From: Octopus bimaculoides
Taxonomy: Eukaryota
Assembly (NCBI RefSeq): GCF_001194135.2
Contig: NC_068986.1
Location: forward strand, 76,494,345 to 76,530,676
DNA: 36,332 bases
Direction: 5' to 3'
This document shows, in pieces, positions 10,036 through 21,929 of the stretch (positions are counted from its first letter, which is position 1; each line of letters starts with the position of its first letter). Position numbers and translations under genes: made by a program. Under the pieces are notes generated by a model. The model saw nothing but the letters and a program-made list of their open reading frames with translations, did no database searches and was not told the origin of the DNA.

Positions 10036-10509
10036 CTTTCTGTCTGTCTCTCTCACACACACGCACATTCGTTTTCGTATTTGCTTTCCTAAATTTTTCA
10101 TTAACGTGTGTTAAAGTAAATAGTGTGATACGTTGGAAGGGTTATGGTGCCAGTGAAAAACACGCACTGGCTGTATTTCACTTCACTTTTATTATTAATA
10201 ATAGCATGAAGAAGGTGCATTAGGACACGTTCCCTTAAGCTGTGACGAAAGGCTTTAAACAAGTTAATTCTTAATTCAGTCTTATCGTCTTTTGATAAAG
10301 AAAAGTCAGTGTTGGGGTAATCCCGGGCTAATGCAGATTCGCCTTGAAAAATGCATTTTTGTGAAAAAAATTCTTCGGGTTCCTAGGATTTAGATGTCGG
10401 AGATTACGAATATGCAAAAAAAAAAATCGTTTGGAGATAGTATCCGAAATGTTAGATTGTCTATTATTTGTAATTATCATACATGAAGAAAAATCTGACT
10501 TTTATAAAG

Positions 10510-10760
10510 ACAGTAAGTTGTGATTTGAGGGAGATTTGGCTGCTGTTGCTAGCAGTTTGAACGACCGGGTAGCGGTCGTATATCACAGGTTGTAGATATT
10601 ATTGTTGGACCTATAATCAAAGATGTCACAGACTTAACCATCTCGTCTTTTTTAGGGGTATATAGGATTACACTATTTAATGTCTCTTTTTATCAAGACC
10701 CTAGTTGAGGGAGATTTGGTTGCTATTATTCGTCTTTGGAGTAACCACGTAGAAGCTTTA
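10510..10760. repeat. Dispersed repeat family H (tandem partial copies)
   Basis: gagggagatttggctgct..ctagc motif twice; related copies near 16955-17030, 19820-20100 and 31450-31800. Confidence 0.6.
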
Positions 10761-10850
10761 ATGTTCCGGTTGTCTGCTGTAATGCTGCAGTTAGCTTTCG
10801 ATTACAAGGCAGTAGTAGACTATTATAATCAATAGTGTCTGACGCAATTT

Positions 10851-11070
10851 AAAGCGGCAACCTGGCAGAATTGTTACTTCGTTGGACAAAAATGCTTAAC
10901 AGTATTTCTTCCGTTTTTATGTCCCGAGTTCAAATGTCGCCGGGGTCGACTTTGCCTTTCTTCCTTTTGGTATCGATGAAATAAATACCAGTTAAATACC
11001 GGGGTCGATGTAAATCTACTAGCTCGTCCTAACAAAATTTCAGGCCTGGTGCCTATTAAAAAAAGAATTA
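10851..11070 (+). mobile_element. SINE family C
   Basis: aaagcggcaacctggcagaa...gagttcaaat...ggtcgactttgcctttc...accag...ggggtcgatgt; homologous to 25025-25246. Confidence 0.8.
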
Positions 11071-11449
11071 CTATCAGTATTTAGTTATAGCCCTTAACGT
11101 TTTAAGTTCAAATCACAATGACATCAGCTTTTGCCTTTTAGTCCGGGCTCGATTTATTTTCTTATAATGTATTCTAGATGTGAATAGAATTATAATTAAA
11201 GACGAAGAGTTGTTATTTAACACGATAAATTTACTTTAGCCACTTTTGTAAATAAGATCTTAATGAAATTTCTTAAATAGCAATGAAGTTTGATTTTCAT
11301 CTCATTCTCCAAATACATTTATTTTATTCAATCTTATAAGTTAATATAGTTATATGGTCTATTTTATTCATTCTTTCAAACAGTTTTTGTTGTGTCCACT
11401 CGTGTATGTGTTTCACTCGTATGTGTATCCTCTCGTGTGTGTGCGTACG

Positions 11450-11765
11450 TCCTTATTCAGTTTTATTTCAAGATTTGCGAATAGAGAAAGAGCCGGTTTC
11501 TAACCTCGATCCAAGGTTCCTTCATTGGAATTTCAACATCAACAGTGTATTTTTGCATGTATGCGTGTATATGTGCAGTATTTGGAGTCAGTGCATGTGC
11601 ATATTTGTATGTTTTGTTTTATGCGTGTAATTCTCATGCGTATGTATGTATGTATGTTATTATTCAGTTTATTTCAAGATTTCTTGCCAATAGAGAAAGA
11701 CCCGGTTTTTAACCTAGATTCAAGGTTCCTTCATTGGAATTTTAACATCTACAACAGGGTATGTG
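11450..11765 (+). repeat. Two tandem copies of repeat family F among TATG/TG simple repeats
   Basis: ttattcagttttatttcaagattt...aatagagaaaga.ccggttt.taacct.gat..aaggttccttcattggaattt occurs twice. Confidence 0.85.
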
Positions 11766-11813
11766 TGTATGTATGTATGTATGTATGTATGGTTATGGTT
11801 AAGNNNNNNNNNN

Positions 11814-11871
<58 letters not shown>

Positions 11872-12048
11872 TGTTTCCTCATGACTCACTTTAAAATGCG
11901 TCTTTTAAATGACATTTGGCAGAAATGCATTTTCCAGTGTGTGTGCGCGAGCGCGCACACAAGTACAGACGTGTATGCATATCTCGATAGCTTGAGCAAG
12001 TGTATATTTCCATATGTGTATGCATCCATGTCCACCCATGTGTGTGTC

Positions 12049-12082
<34 letters not shown>
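11814..12082. repeat. (CT)n and (TG)n microsatellites next to a 10-N gap
   Basis: CT run 11814-11866; TG run ~12050-12082. Confidence 0.9.
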
Positions 12083-12083
<1 letters not shown>

Positions 12084-12553
12084 CATGAAATTTTATTTTA
12101 TTATTTACATGTCTCTGATTCTCAGTGCAAAGGTTTTCTATAACAGCACAGGACAAAACATTTTGAGGCAGTATTTTATGCCTGGATGTCCTTCCTGACA
12201 CCGATTCATTTAGCTGCCTATATACACACACACACTAACCATATTTATAACTTTTCTAATGTCATTCCAATGAATGATAATTTGACTTTAAAAAAATTAA
12301 GCTGGTTCATGATATAAACTGTCATTTCTGTTTGGCGATTGGACTCCGTATCATTCTCATGTCTTGTGGATTTCTCTCCTACCTGAATGTAATATCTGTT
12401 TTGGGTTCTGGTTCAAATCCAAACTATACCACATTCCTCTCAACTCGATGCATCTCTGTTATAACTTTGTCAACTTCCTTCAAAACCTTAACCATTAGTT
12501 AAACTTGTACTTTCCCTTCTTTACTTCATTACTTTTGTAACGGTTGACAATTT

Positions 12554-12912
12554 GTTGTTGTTGTTGGCACTCCGTCGCTTACGACGTCGAGGGTTCCAGT
12601 TGATTCGATCAACGGAACAGCCTGCTCATGAAATTAACATGCAAGTGGTTGAGTACTCCACGGACACGTGTACCCTTAACGTAGTTCTCGGGGATATTCA
12701 GCGTGACACAGTGTGACAAGGCTGACCCTTTGAATTACAGGCACAACAGAAACAGGAAGTAAGAGTGAGAGAAAGTTGTGGTGAAAGAGTACAGCAGGGT
12801 TCGCCACAATCACCTGCCGGAGCCTCGTGGAGCTTTTAGGTGTTTTCGCTCAATAAACACTCACAACGCCTGGTCTGGGAATCGAAACCGCGATCCTAAC
12901 CATTGCGCCTCC
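12554..12912 (-). mobile_element. SINE family A, near full length, 14-bp TSD
   Basis: TSD acggttgacaattt at 12540-12553 and 12913-12926; (CAA)n tail; small deletion in the tRNA-like head. Confidence 0.92.
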
Positions 12913-12964
12913 ACGGTTGACAATTTATACTGTATTGTTTATTAACAAATCTTTTCAACATCAT

Positions 12965-13185
12965 TTTAACTGTTTTGATACCAGTTCACCTAAGACTGTC
13001 CCTAGGTTTATGGTACAAACTTCCTGCTTAATGTGATCAAAATTAAAATTTTATGTTAATTTATCTTCCAAACATTGGTTTAATAAAGACAAAAGTTATT
13101 TTACTACAGACTTCACTATATTCAAAATTAATTGAAATACAGGCGTATTTCAAGAGAGAAACGGTAACAACAGGCAACCTAATGG
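12965..13185. mobile_element. Diverged piggyBac-type MITE (family G)
   Basis: Homologous to 16020-16455, 17555-17775 and the intact copy at 17978-18197. Confidence 0.6.
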
Positions 13186-13615
13186 CTACTTTCTAATATC
13201 AACTCAGATAGCTTTAACTATCTCTAATTGTTCTACTCCCTGTCTCTCTTATTTCAGCTGGACACCCTTGAGCATTGCGTTGTCATTGTAAAATTTCCGT
13301 ATTTCATTCTTGTTATCATTTTGGTAACAGGTGTGTCTTTGACATTTCAGACACACTTCATTCCAATGACAAGCTGATTAGTGCTGACACATTTTATTGT
13401 AATTTGAAACATTCTATCCTAATGACAAATATATTCTGTTTGGCTGTCTTCTAGTTCGGTGAACCTATGTTTAGCTTTCTTCTTAGCCTCTAGGTACAGA
13501 TAATTATTTGCTACTTCATTTCTTCTCATACTATCCAAATTTGTTTTATTTATATATATTTCAAGGCAGTGCTTCAGCATGACTGCAAGTACAATGATTG
13601 AAACAAGTAAAATAT

Positions 13616-13648
<33 letters not shown>

Positions 13649-13905
13649 ATGTATATATTTTTCTCACTTCTGTCTGTCTGTCTGTCTCTCTCTATATATA
13701 GTATAGATACATGGGTATTATTGATAGATAAAGCATCAACATCATTAACATCACTGTGGAAAACATGTTTAATCCACAATCTTGACTCTCTGTGGACAGA
13801 AAAAATAAGCTGTCAGTCTGACAAGATTTATTAAACCATCTTCAGAAATCGATTATCATATTTTCTGGCATGCAAATCGATTTTTTTTTTTTTTTTAGAC
13901 CAAAA

Positions 13906-14690
13906 TTAGCAGAGGTACCCAGCATTGCCTGGCATAACTCTCAATAGAGTAGTCATTCAAATGAACCAAAAGACTTCCGTCAAACATGACTGTAGAGGTA
14001 ACAATTTACATGTTTTGTCCCTAAAGAGGACCTTTGAACGTTCACTATGAAATATCTCTACTGCGGTGCTGATAGCAAAGATGAATCCGAGGGTAACAAT
14101 TTAATCTTGCTGGTCCTGAAGAGAGCCTTGGATCATTCTCTCTTAAAAGTCTCAGCAGCAGTGCTGCCAGCAAAGACAAATCCAGTGATAATTTATAGTT
14201 GGTGGTCCTGAAGAGAACCTTTTAATGTTCACTTTGAATTATCTCAGTGGCAGTGCTGCCAGCAAAGATGAATCCGATGGTAACAATTTAAACTTGGTGG
14301 CCCTGAAGAGGGCCTTGGATTGTTCACTCTTAAACTCGAGAGCTGCCAACATATAGTTGACCATGGGAGAAGCATGGTTCTTCTAAATTAAACCTTACAA
14401 CTGTCAGCACCTGACCCTGTGATTTGTTAATCGACATGGTGAAACTGAGCTGGAGAGGGAATTGCAGCCCTCTGAATGTGAAAGAAATGTCTTTACAGAA
14501 TGGAATGAGAGGTATTCTTGGTATGAAGACAGTATCCCACTTACCACATCCTGTAAATATTGTTGCCTCAATAACATGAGGCATCACCTTTTGGATGACC
14601 AGACTCGTTCCAAATTCCTGAGGAGCAATAAGTGTGGTGGCAATCCAGGAGGGTCTAAGGGAGTTAAGAAATTCTGTGGGGTAATTAACA
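13906..14690 (-). mobile_element. Helitron 3' fragment: PIF1-like helicase C-terminus, tandem repeats and 3' terminus
   Basis: 14690-14333 translates VNYPTEFLNSL...VIEATIFTG...VFIPRIPLIP...LQFPLQLSFTMSINKSQGQ...EPCFSHGQLYVGSSRV (helicase motifs V/VI). Terminus gccaggcaatgctgggtacctctgCTAA|t fits a CpG-decayed hairpin + CTRR end. Confidence 0.9.
13997..14330 (-). repeat. Four ~95-bp tandem repeats, each with a histone-type stem-loop
   Basis: Units start ~13997, 14092, 14185 and 14279; hairpins at 14017-32, 14112-27, 14204-19 and 14299-314. Confidence 0.85.
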
Positions 14691-15156
14691 ATCCACATAC
14701 AGTAAGTGTTAAAATTTACACCTGGGTTAAATTGTGCTTTCTTGGTTAGGAGCGTGAAAGGATGCCAAAGCTCAAGGAAAAAAAAAAAATTAACTCCCCA
14801 TTCCACACTTGATTGTGGTGAAATTACATGGAAACAACTGGGTGCAAAATTAAATTCAATCATCCTAAAATTAACTAAGCAAACCAAAGTTTAGTCAGGG
14901 AGATTTAAAAATTCGCTACTCCATTTGTAGGACTTGAGTAACTAATACGTCATCTTTCGTTTAAATTGACTGTTATTTCCAGAAGTTAAAATGCTTTGCT
15001 GTGACCATAATATGAACTTTAAAAGTGGTCCAAAGGGGCTCACTGCCCTTGCTAGGGGGTTCTCTTGCAGAATTCAAGTGATAAAGAATGTGTGGTACTT
15101 TATCTCATGGCAGGCAGTAACCATAATAAACTCCTGGGGTTCTGATGCTGTTTTAT

Positions 15157-15460
15157 TGTAAGCCTAGTACTTATTCTATCGGTCTGTTTTGCCGAACTGC
15201 TAAGTTACGGGGATGCAAACACACCAGCATCGGTTGTCAAGCGATGTTGGAGGAACAAACGCATACACACAAACATATACATGCGCATACATATATATAT
15301 ACGACAGGCTTCTTTCAGTTTCCATCTACCAAATCCACTCACAAGGCTTTGGTTGGCCCGAGGCTATAGTAGAAGACACTTACCCAAGGTGCCATGCAGT
15401 GGGACTGAACCCGGAACCATGTGGTTCGTAAGCAAGCTACTTACCACTTAGCCACTCCTG
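15157..15460 (-). mobile_element. SINE family B (tail truncated)
   Basis: Close match to 22697-23098. Confidence 0.9.
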
Positions 15461-16144
15461 TTAATGCTGTTGCAAGTATTCAAACTAGATGTCAAGTTTG
15501 AGGATGCTTTGAATCTTTTTCTTGGATATTCTACGCCCTCCTAGCTGCAGACAACCAATGAATCATATTTTCATTCTACCTCTCTCTCCACCAGTCTTGG
15601 AGATCCTGCTAAACAATCATAGCTATTACCTTTCTACCTCTGAAAAAGCAAAAGAGGCATAATGCTCTATATGAACGGTTGCTCTCCAACTCTATACTCT
15701 CCCTCCAATCTCCTAAGAGGCAGTAAAGATGAATTCTAGAATTCTCACTTCACATGGTCTGTCACCTAGAGACCATTTTGTCTATGATTAAATTGAAGTC
15801 TGTGAATCACTGAACTGTTTCCATTTAATATCCTCTTAAAGGTGGCAAACTAGTGGAATCACTTGAATGTTGGAAAGAATGCCTTGCAATATCCAACTGG
15901 GATCAACCTTGTATGTCATCTTTTCAGAGTTGATAAAATAAAGTACTAGTACTGAGGTTAATGGTATCAACTAATGTCCCTCCCCTCAAAATTACTAATT
16001 GTGTACCTAAATTAGAAACCATTAATCTTTTTGATATCAATTTGCCTGAGATTTTCTTTAGTTCTATGATACCAACGTCCTGTTCTAAAGTGATCTAAAT
16101 TGAAACTTTCCATCAAAATTCCATGTGAATATATGTTCCAAATA

Positions 16145-16343
16145 AGGCAGCGAGCTGGCAGAATCATTACTACACTGGACAAAATGCTCAGCAGCATTTT
16201 GCCCATCTCTACACTCTGAGTTCACATTCTAATGAAGTTGACTTTGCCTTTCATCCTTTCAAGTACCATTTGAGTACTGGGTTGGCATAATTGACTTTAC
16301 CCCTCCCCTAAAATTGCTTGCTTTATGCCAAAATGTCAAATAA
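16145..16343 (+). mobile_element. SINE family C with 14-bp TSD, inserted in a family G MITE (~16020-16455)
   Basis: TSD atatgttccaaata at 16131-16144 and 16344-16357. Confidence 0.88.
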
Positions 16344-16459
16344 ATATGTTCCAAATATCACCTTAATTATGACTAAGTTATTTTATTAAATTCTCCATTA
16401 TTTTCTAAATTGATAGAAAGAAGGGCACTTTATTTCAGTAGAAATATGGTAATAAAAAC

Positions 16460-16839
16460 ATATTTATTCCCACTTAAATGCTGATGCTCTGTTACAACAA
16501 ACTTTACTGCGGTAGATACCATGAGAGAAACTCTCATATTGGCTTTTGGTGTAAAGTGTACACGCTTGTTTACATCACTAGTGGAGAGATAAATCCCCAT
16601 CAACTTCAGTGCTGAGACCACCAGATCATGTGATTTCAACCTTCCTTGGTCTCATTGGTGATGGACACTTGACTGCTAGAAATTGCAATGACTCACCTCT
16701 CTGCCAGCAATAAACAGAAAATCAGTGCTGAACAAGTATTGATGTTGCGATTAGCTAGTGAGCTGGTTGAAAAATATATATATTAGCAACAGAAGCAGAG
16801 AGGTAAATAAAACCGCCATGTTTAAGTGGGAATAAATAT
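16460..16839. mobile_element. 380-bp element with perfect 19-bp terminal inverted repeats (unclassified MITE)
   Basis: atatttattcccacttaaa (16460-16478) is the exact reverse complement of tttaagtgggaataaatat (16821-16839). Confidence 0.65.
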
Positions 16840-17044
16840 TACTTCCCAGTATTAATACTGCTTCTGTCACTAATATATACATCTCAACATATTTTTTTTT
16901 TCTTTTTCTCACCAACCTAGAACTGAAATTATCAAATGTAGGAATTTCTCAATTTGCAAGAAATAGCCACAAAATTTCCCCCATCATATAATCTCAAATA
17001 CTGAAAGGACATGATAGATGATATAGTCCTATATGTACTCCTAA

Positions 17045-17426
17045 GGAGGCGCAATGGCCCAGTGGTTAGGGTAGCAGACTCGCGGTCATAGGATCGCGGT
17101 TTAGATTCCCAGACCGGGCGTTATGAGTGTTTATTGTGCGAAAACACCTAAAGCTCCACGAGGCTCTGGCAGGGGATGGTGGCGAACTCTGCTGTACTCT
17201 TTCACCACAGCTTTCTCTCACTCTTTCTTCCTGTTTCTGTTGTGCCTGTAATTCAAAGGGTCAGCCTTGTCACACTATGTCACGCTGAATATCCCCGAGA
17301 ACTATGTTAAGGGTACATATGTCTGTGGAGTGCTCAGCCACTTGCACGTTAATTTCACAAGCAGGCTGTTCCGTTGATCGGATCAACTGGAACCCTCGAC
17401 ATCATAAGCGACGGAGTGCCAACAAC
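17045..17426 (+). mobile_element. SINE family A, full length, 14-bp TSD
   Basis: tRNA-like head with A box (tggcccagtgg) and B box (ggtttagattcc); ends gccaacaac; TSD atatgtactcctaa at 17031-17044 and 17427-17440. Confidence 0.93.
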
Positions 17427-17977
17427 ATATGTACTCCTAAATCTTTAGGAGAACTCTCTTCTATATTAGTATTATAATCTAGATTAATAATTCTAAATGT
17501 ATTAATTGAAATAAATGATACTATTCCTAGGAATCTTAATTAGTTTCTATTTTTATTTTGACCAATTCACTTTCAACCTCCCTTGGTTCTATGATACACG
17601 CTTTCTAATTTAAAGTGATCTAAATTAAAGCCTATCAGCAATATTTCGTGTTAATTTATATTTGGAGATGCAAATTAAGAGTAACAGTTGTTTTACTAAA
17701 TTCTTCATTATTTTGAAAATTGATTGAAACAAAGGTGGTATATTTTAGTAAGAATATGGTAACAAAAAAGTTAGATTTAGACCTGGAGGTAAATAACATC
17801 AAAAGATACCTTTACCACCGATGTATAAAAGTTAGTTGTTGAGAAATTTATAAAATTGACAAGGGCTTAAATGATAGCCTGAAAAATGACAGTGGTTCAA
17901 CCAAGAATCAGGGCAAACTGTTAGTGGTTTGCATTGGCAAAAATTAGGAGGGTTTGTACAAGAGTTTGGTTCATTAA

Positions 17978-18197
17978 CCCTTTTGTTACTGTTTTTATTT
18001 TGAGATGCTCTGTGTTTTTTTCAATTACTTTAAATATAACAAAGAATTTAGTAAAATAACTTAGTTATCATTCAGCTAGTGTTAGGAACATAAATTGTGA
18101 CTAAGGTTTGGTGGAAGATTTTAATTCAAAACTTATGAAAACAAGACATTTGTACTCAGAGCCAGAGCTGGTTTCAGCCGGGTTGGTAACGAAAGGG
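17978..18197. mobile_element. piggyBac-type MITE, TTAA TSD
   Basis: TTAA|CCCTTTTGTTAC ... GTAACGAAAGGG|TTAA. Confidence 0.88.
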
Positions 18198-18290
18198 TTA
18201 ATTTCTCATGAGAAGAGAAAAATTCCAGTATTTTGTGCAGTTGTCTTGCTTGTGACCTAAATGGTATATTCTTTCTCTCTCTCTCCTCTC

Positions 18291-18859
18291 NNNNNNNNNN
18301 NNNNNNNNNNNNNNNNNNNNNNNNNNNNNNNNNNNNNNNNNNNNNNNNNNNNNNNNNNNNNNNNNNNNNNNNNNNNNNNNNNNNNNNNNNNNNNNNNNNN
18401 NNNNNNNNNNNNNNNNNNNNNNNNNNNNNNNNNNNNNNNNNNNNNNNNNNNNNNNNNNNNNNNNNNNNNNNNNNNNNNNNNNNNNNNNNNNNNNNNNNNN
18501 NNNNNNNNNNNNNNNNNNNNNNNNNNNNNNNNNNNNNNNNNNNNNNNNNNNNNNNNNNNNNNNNNNNNNNNNNNNNNNNNNNNNNNNNNNNNNNNNNNNN
18601 NNNNNNNNNNNNNNNNNNNNNNNNNNNNNNNNNNNNNNNNNNNNNNNNNNNNNNNNNNNNNNNNNNNNNNNNNNNNNNNNNNNNNNNNNNNNNNNNNNNN
18701 NNNNNNNNNNNNNNNNNNNNNNNNNNNNNNNNNNNNNNNNNNNNNNNNNNNNNNNNNNNNNNNNNNNNNNNNNNNNNNNNNNNNNNNNNNNNNNNNNNNN
18801 NNNNNNNNNNNNNNNNNNNNNNNNNNNNNNNNNNNNNNNNNNNNNNNNNNNNNNNNNNN
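18291..18859. other. Assembly gap (others: 11804-11813, 20524-20583, 23942-24357, 26053-27013, 27871-27989)
   Basis: N runs, mostly next to SINEs or microsatellites. Confidence 0.99.
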
Positions 18860-19180
18860 CCCAGACCGGGCGTTGTGAGTGTTTATTGAGCGAAAACATC
18901 TAAAGCTCCACGAGGCTCCAGCAGGGGATGGTGGCGAACTCTGCTGTACTCTTTCACCACAACTTTCTCTCACTCTTACTTCCTGTTTCTGTTGTGCCTG
19001 TAATTCAAAGGGTCAGCCTTGTCCCACTGTGTCACGCTGAATCTCCCTGAGAACTACGTTAAGGGTACACGTGTCTGTGGAGTGCTCTGCCACTTGCACG
19101 TTAATTTCATGAGCAGGCTGTTCCGTCGATCGGATCAACTGGAACTCTCGACGTCGTAAGCGACGAAGTGCCAACAACAA
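18860..19180 (+). mobile_element. SINE family A (5' end in the N-gap)
   Basis: Near-identical to 17109-17426. Confidence 0.9.
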
Positions 19181-20185
19181 CATATCTAGAAATAAATATA
19201 AATTTTAATTTTAGTAACTTAATTTATTTTCAAAATTCATTAATGCATATGGACATTGTAGTTCATTAGAAGTATGGTGAGGAAAGAATTAATCATGTCA
19301 GTCAAAAAAAACAAAAAACTTATCATGTGATCTTGCTGTTGTCATGCCATCCTGGAATGGAAATTCTGTACTCATCTAAGATGGGTATTACTTGTAAAAC
19401 TGCTCTGTAAAAAGATATTGATTGTCACTTAACCACGTATCTGTGTGTTATATGTATATAATTTTTAATGTTTGCTATGCAACGGGGTATTATATACCTG
19501 TACATGAATCAATCTGATGGAGAGTGGGGTTTCTAAATAGTGCGACAGTTGTGTGTACTAGATCTCTGAAAAATCTTGTCTGACTCACTTCTTTCTAATG
19601 TAATAATAAAATAAATTTAGATATTGATAAAATCGTATTAGACAAGTTTAAGTACCAGCTGGTCATGGGTCAAACCTTGGTGGTTGTTGTTTCAATCCAA
19701 GTCTGTTAAGCAGTTTCATAATGAAACACATCACAACTATGACCATTACAGTTTTTTCTCAACTGTAGTTTTTGTAGGATTTACATTATCCATTGTGGCC
19801 TTTCTTCTTAACACTAGCTGTATGTAGATTTGAAGAGGATTTAGCTACTGTTTCTAGCAGTCCAAATGACCATGTAGAGGGTCCCTTGTTAGCTTATGAT
19901 CTCGTTTTTTTTCTTCTTTGCACCAGGTCAATACTGATCGAGTCGAACTATAATCAAAGGCATTCCAGTTGAGACCATCCTGTCTTTGTATAGCTAAGAC
20001 AACATTGGCCAGTGTGTCCTTCCTCTTTTTTGTTTTTTAAGATTTGAAGAAAAGTTGACTGCTATTTCTGGAAGGTTGAACAACCCTGTAGATACACCCT
20101 TGTCATTTTTTTGACTCCAGGAGATTTGTATTCTGTTGTTTTTGCAGTTGAATGTGTACACCTTGCTAATGTATACTCTTTACTC

Positions 20186-20523
20186 TACACTTTTACTTGT
20201 TTCACTCATTTGACTGTGGCCATGCTGGGGCACCGCCTTTAGTCTAGCAAATCGACCCCAGGACTTATTCTTTGTAAGCCTAGTACTTATTCTATCGGTC
20301 TCTTTTGCCGAACCGCTAAATTACGGGGACGTAGATACACCAGCATCGGTTGTCAAGCGATGTTGAGGGGACAAACACAGACACACAAACACACACATAT
20401 ATATATATACATATACAATGGGCTTCTTTCAGTTTCTATCTACCAAATCCACTCACAAGGCTTTGGTCGGCCCGAGGCTATAGTAGAAGACACTTGCCCA
20501 AGGTGCCACGCAGTGGGACTGAT
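20186..20523 (-). mobile_element. SINE family B, runs into an N-gap
   Basis: Close match to 22697-23098. Confidence 0.9.
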
Positions 20524-20637
20524 NNNNNNNNNNNNNNNNNNNNNNNNNNNNNNNNNNNNNNNNNNNNNNNNNNNNNNNNNNNNCAGAAAAAAAATCAATA
20601 CTCTTTGTGTAAAGTTTCTTGCAGTATTTGCTCTGCA

Positions 20638-20850
20638 CAAGGTAACAAACTGGCAGAAACGTTAGCACGCTGGGCGAAATGCTTAGCAGTATTGCATCTG
20701 TCTTTACGTTCTGAGCTCAAATTCCACTGAGGTCAACTTAGCCTTTCATCCTTTCGGGGTTGATAAATTAAGTACCAGTTGCATGCTGGGGTCGATCTAA
20801 TCAACTGGTCCCCTCCCCCAAAATTTCTGGCCTTGTGCCTAGAGTAGAAA
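20638..20850 (+). mobile_element. SINE family C
   Basis: ctggcagaaacgttagcacgctgggcgaaatgcttagc...ttcatcctttcgggg...agtaccagttgc. Confidence 0.85.
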
Positions 20851-21336
20851 AGAATATTTGTTTTGCTCTAAGTTATAGGCACTCCAATCTCACTTTTGCT
20901 GTAAGAAATCTCATGAAACTAGTAATTATCTTCTTGAATATCTGTGTAACCAACAACAGCATTATTCAACAATTGCCTTATTAAATAGATAAATAAACGA
21001 ATAAATAACTTGGTTGCTACAACTACTTATCAATTCAATCTTGAAGTACTTGCTGATACAATCTTGAACTACCTTATTTTAATGTATATAAGGAACTCTT
21101 TTTTTGTCAAAAATCAGGTTAAAAAAAATGTGGGAGTTTCTTACCCATGGATAGTATTATAATCCCTTACAAGACCTTTTTTCCAAATTTTAAGCCCCCC
21201 CCCCCCCTCAGATTAAGGGGTTCCTTATGCATGTCAAAATACAGTACATATCACTACTAGTGAGGTTATATTATTTAGTGATGAAGTGATGTGTTGTAAC
21301 ATTGACATTGTTAAAGCTGGACCTGATTTGATTTAA

Positions 21337-21521
21337 CCTTTTAGTGTTCAGATTATTCTGTCACCTGTAATGCTTATTGACATTGTTTTGAATTAATCAT
21401 GCAATATCTTGTAGCTTTGAAATTTTGATGATGTAAGGTAGATGTGAGAGGCCTGATCTGGCCCATTTGAACATATAACAGAATATTTGGGCTGGATAAG
21501 GCTGGTTTAAATGCTAAAGAG
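21337..21521. mobile_element. Diverged piggyBac-type MITE (second family)
   Basis: TTAA|CCTTTTAG left end, TGCTAAAGAG decayed right end. Confidence 0.55.
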
Positions 21522-21613
21522 TACATGTTTTGTGTGTATATGTGTCTAAGGTAACTGCATGATAACTGAGGCTATAAGTTGTATAATTTCAATTTATTTC
21601 ACTTTGTAATATA

Positions 21614-21827
21614 CAGTAATCCCTCGCCATATTGTTGTTTACCTATCGCGGCTTAATATTTAAGCTTATGTTGATTCCTCCATGGTGTTGTTTTGCATTT
21701 ATAATAAAATAAATATATACATATTATAATGATAAAAAGAAATATACAGTACAGTACTGTTTCTACTTTGTGGATTTTCACCTATTGCATCTGGAATGTA
21801 ACAACTGCGGTAGTCGAGAGATTAATG
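21614..21827. mobile_element. Tc1/mariner-pogo (Tigger-like) MITE, TA TSD
   Basis: TA|CAGTAATCCCTCG ... CGAGAGATTAATG|TA imperfect TIRs. Confidence 0.75.
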
Positions 21828-21881
21828 TATATTTATAACATGACAGCTTTTAAACACATTAATGCTTTTGTTATGTCTTAG

Positions 21882-21929
21882 TGATATATTAAAAGTAGAA
21901 AAATATGTCAGTGAAATCCTGTTTCTCAG
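21882..21929 (+). CDS. Candidate 48-nt internal coding exon (xDILKVEKYVSEILFLx), host gene unidentified
   Basis: Acceptor gcttttgttatgtcttAG, strong donor CAG|GTGAGA, open symmetric phase 2-2 frame, not in a recognised repeat. No homology recognised. Confidence 0.3.

Noticed and set aside
13259-13324. Apparent exon LDTLEHCVVIVKFPYFILVIIL with good splice sites
   Set aside because: The acceptor region resembles, in reverse, the repeat-associated sequence near 32960-32995; peptide unrecognised.
14982-15095. Plus-strand open segment VKMLCCDHNMNFKSGPKGLTALARGFSCRIQVIKNV
   Set aside because: Weak donor (TG|GTACTT), lies between a Helitron and a SINE, no recognisable homology.
17045-17120. tRNA-like sequences (also in SINE B, C and D heads)
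   Set aside because: A/B boxes are present, but they run into SINE bodies with TSDs and no complete cloverleaf is evident.
19589-19594. 6-nt minus-strand microexon AG|AAAGAA|GTGAGT
   Set aside because: The upstream tract is AT-rich without the usual polypyrimidine/UGC context; indistinguishable from chance.
21278-21326. GTGATGA...CTGA box C/D-like pair
   Set aside because: Only ~49 nt, no terminal stem and no recognisable guide.
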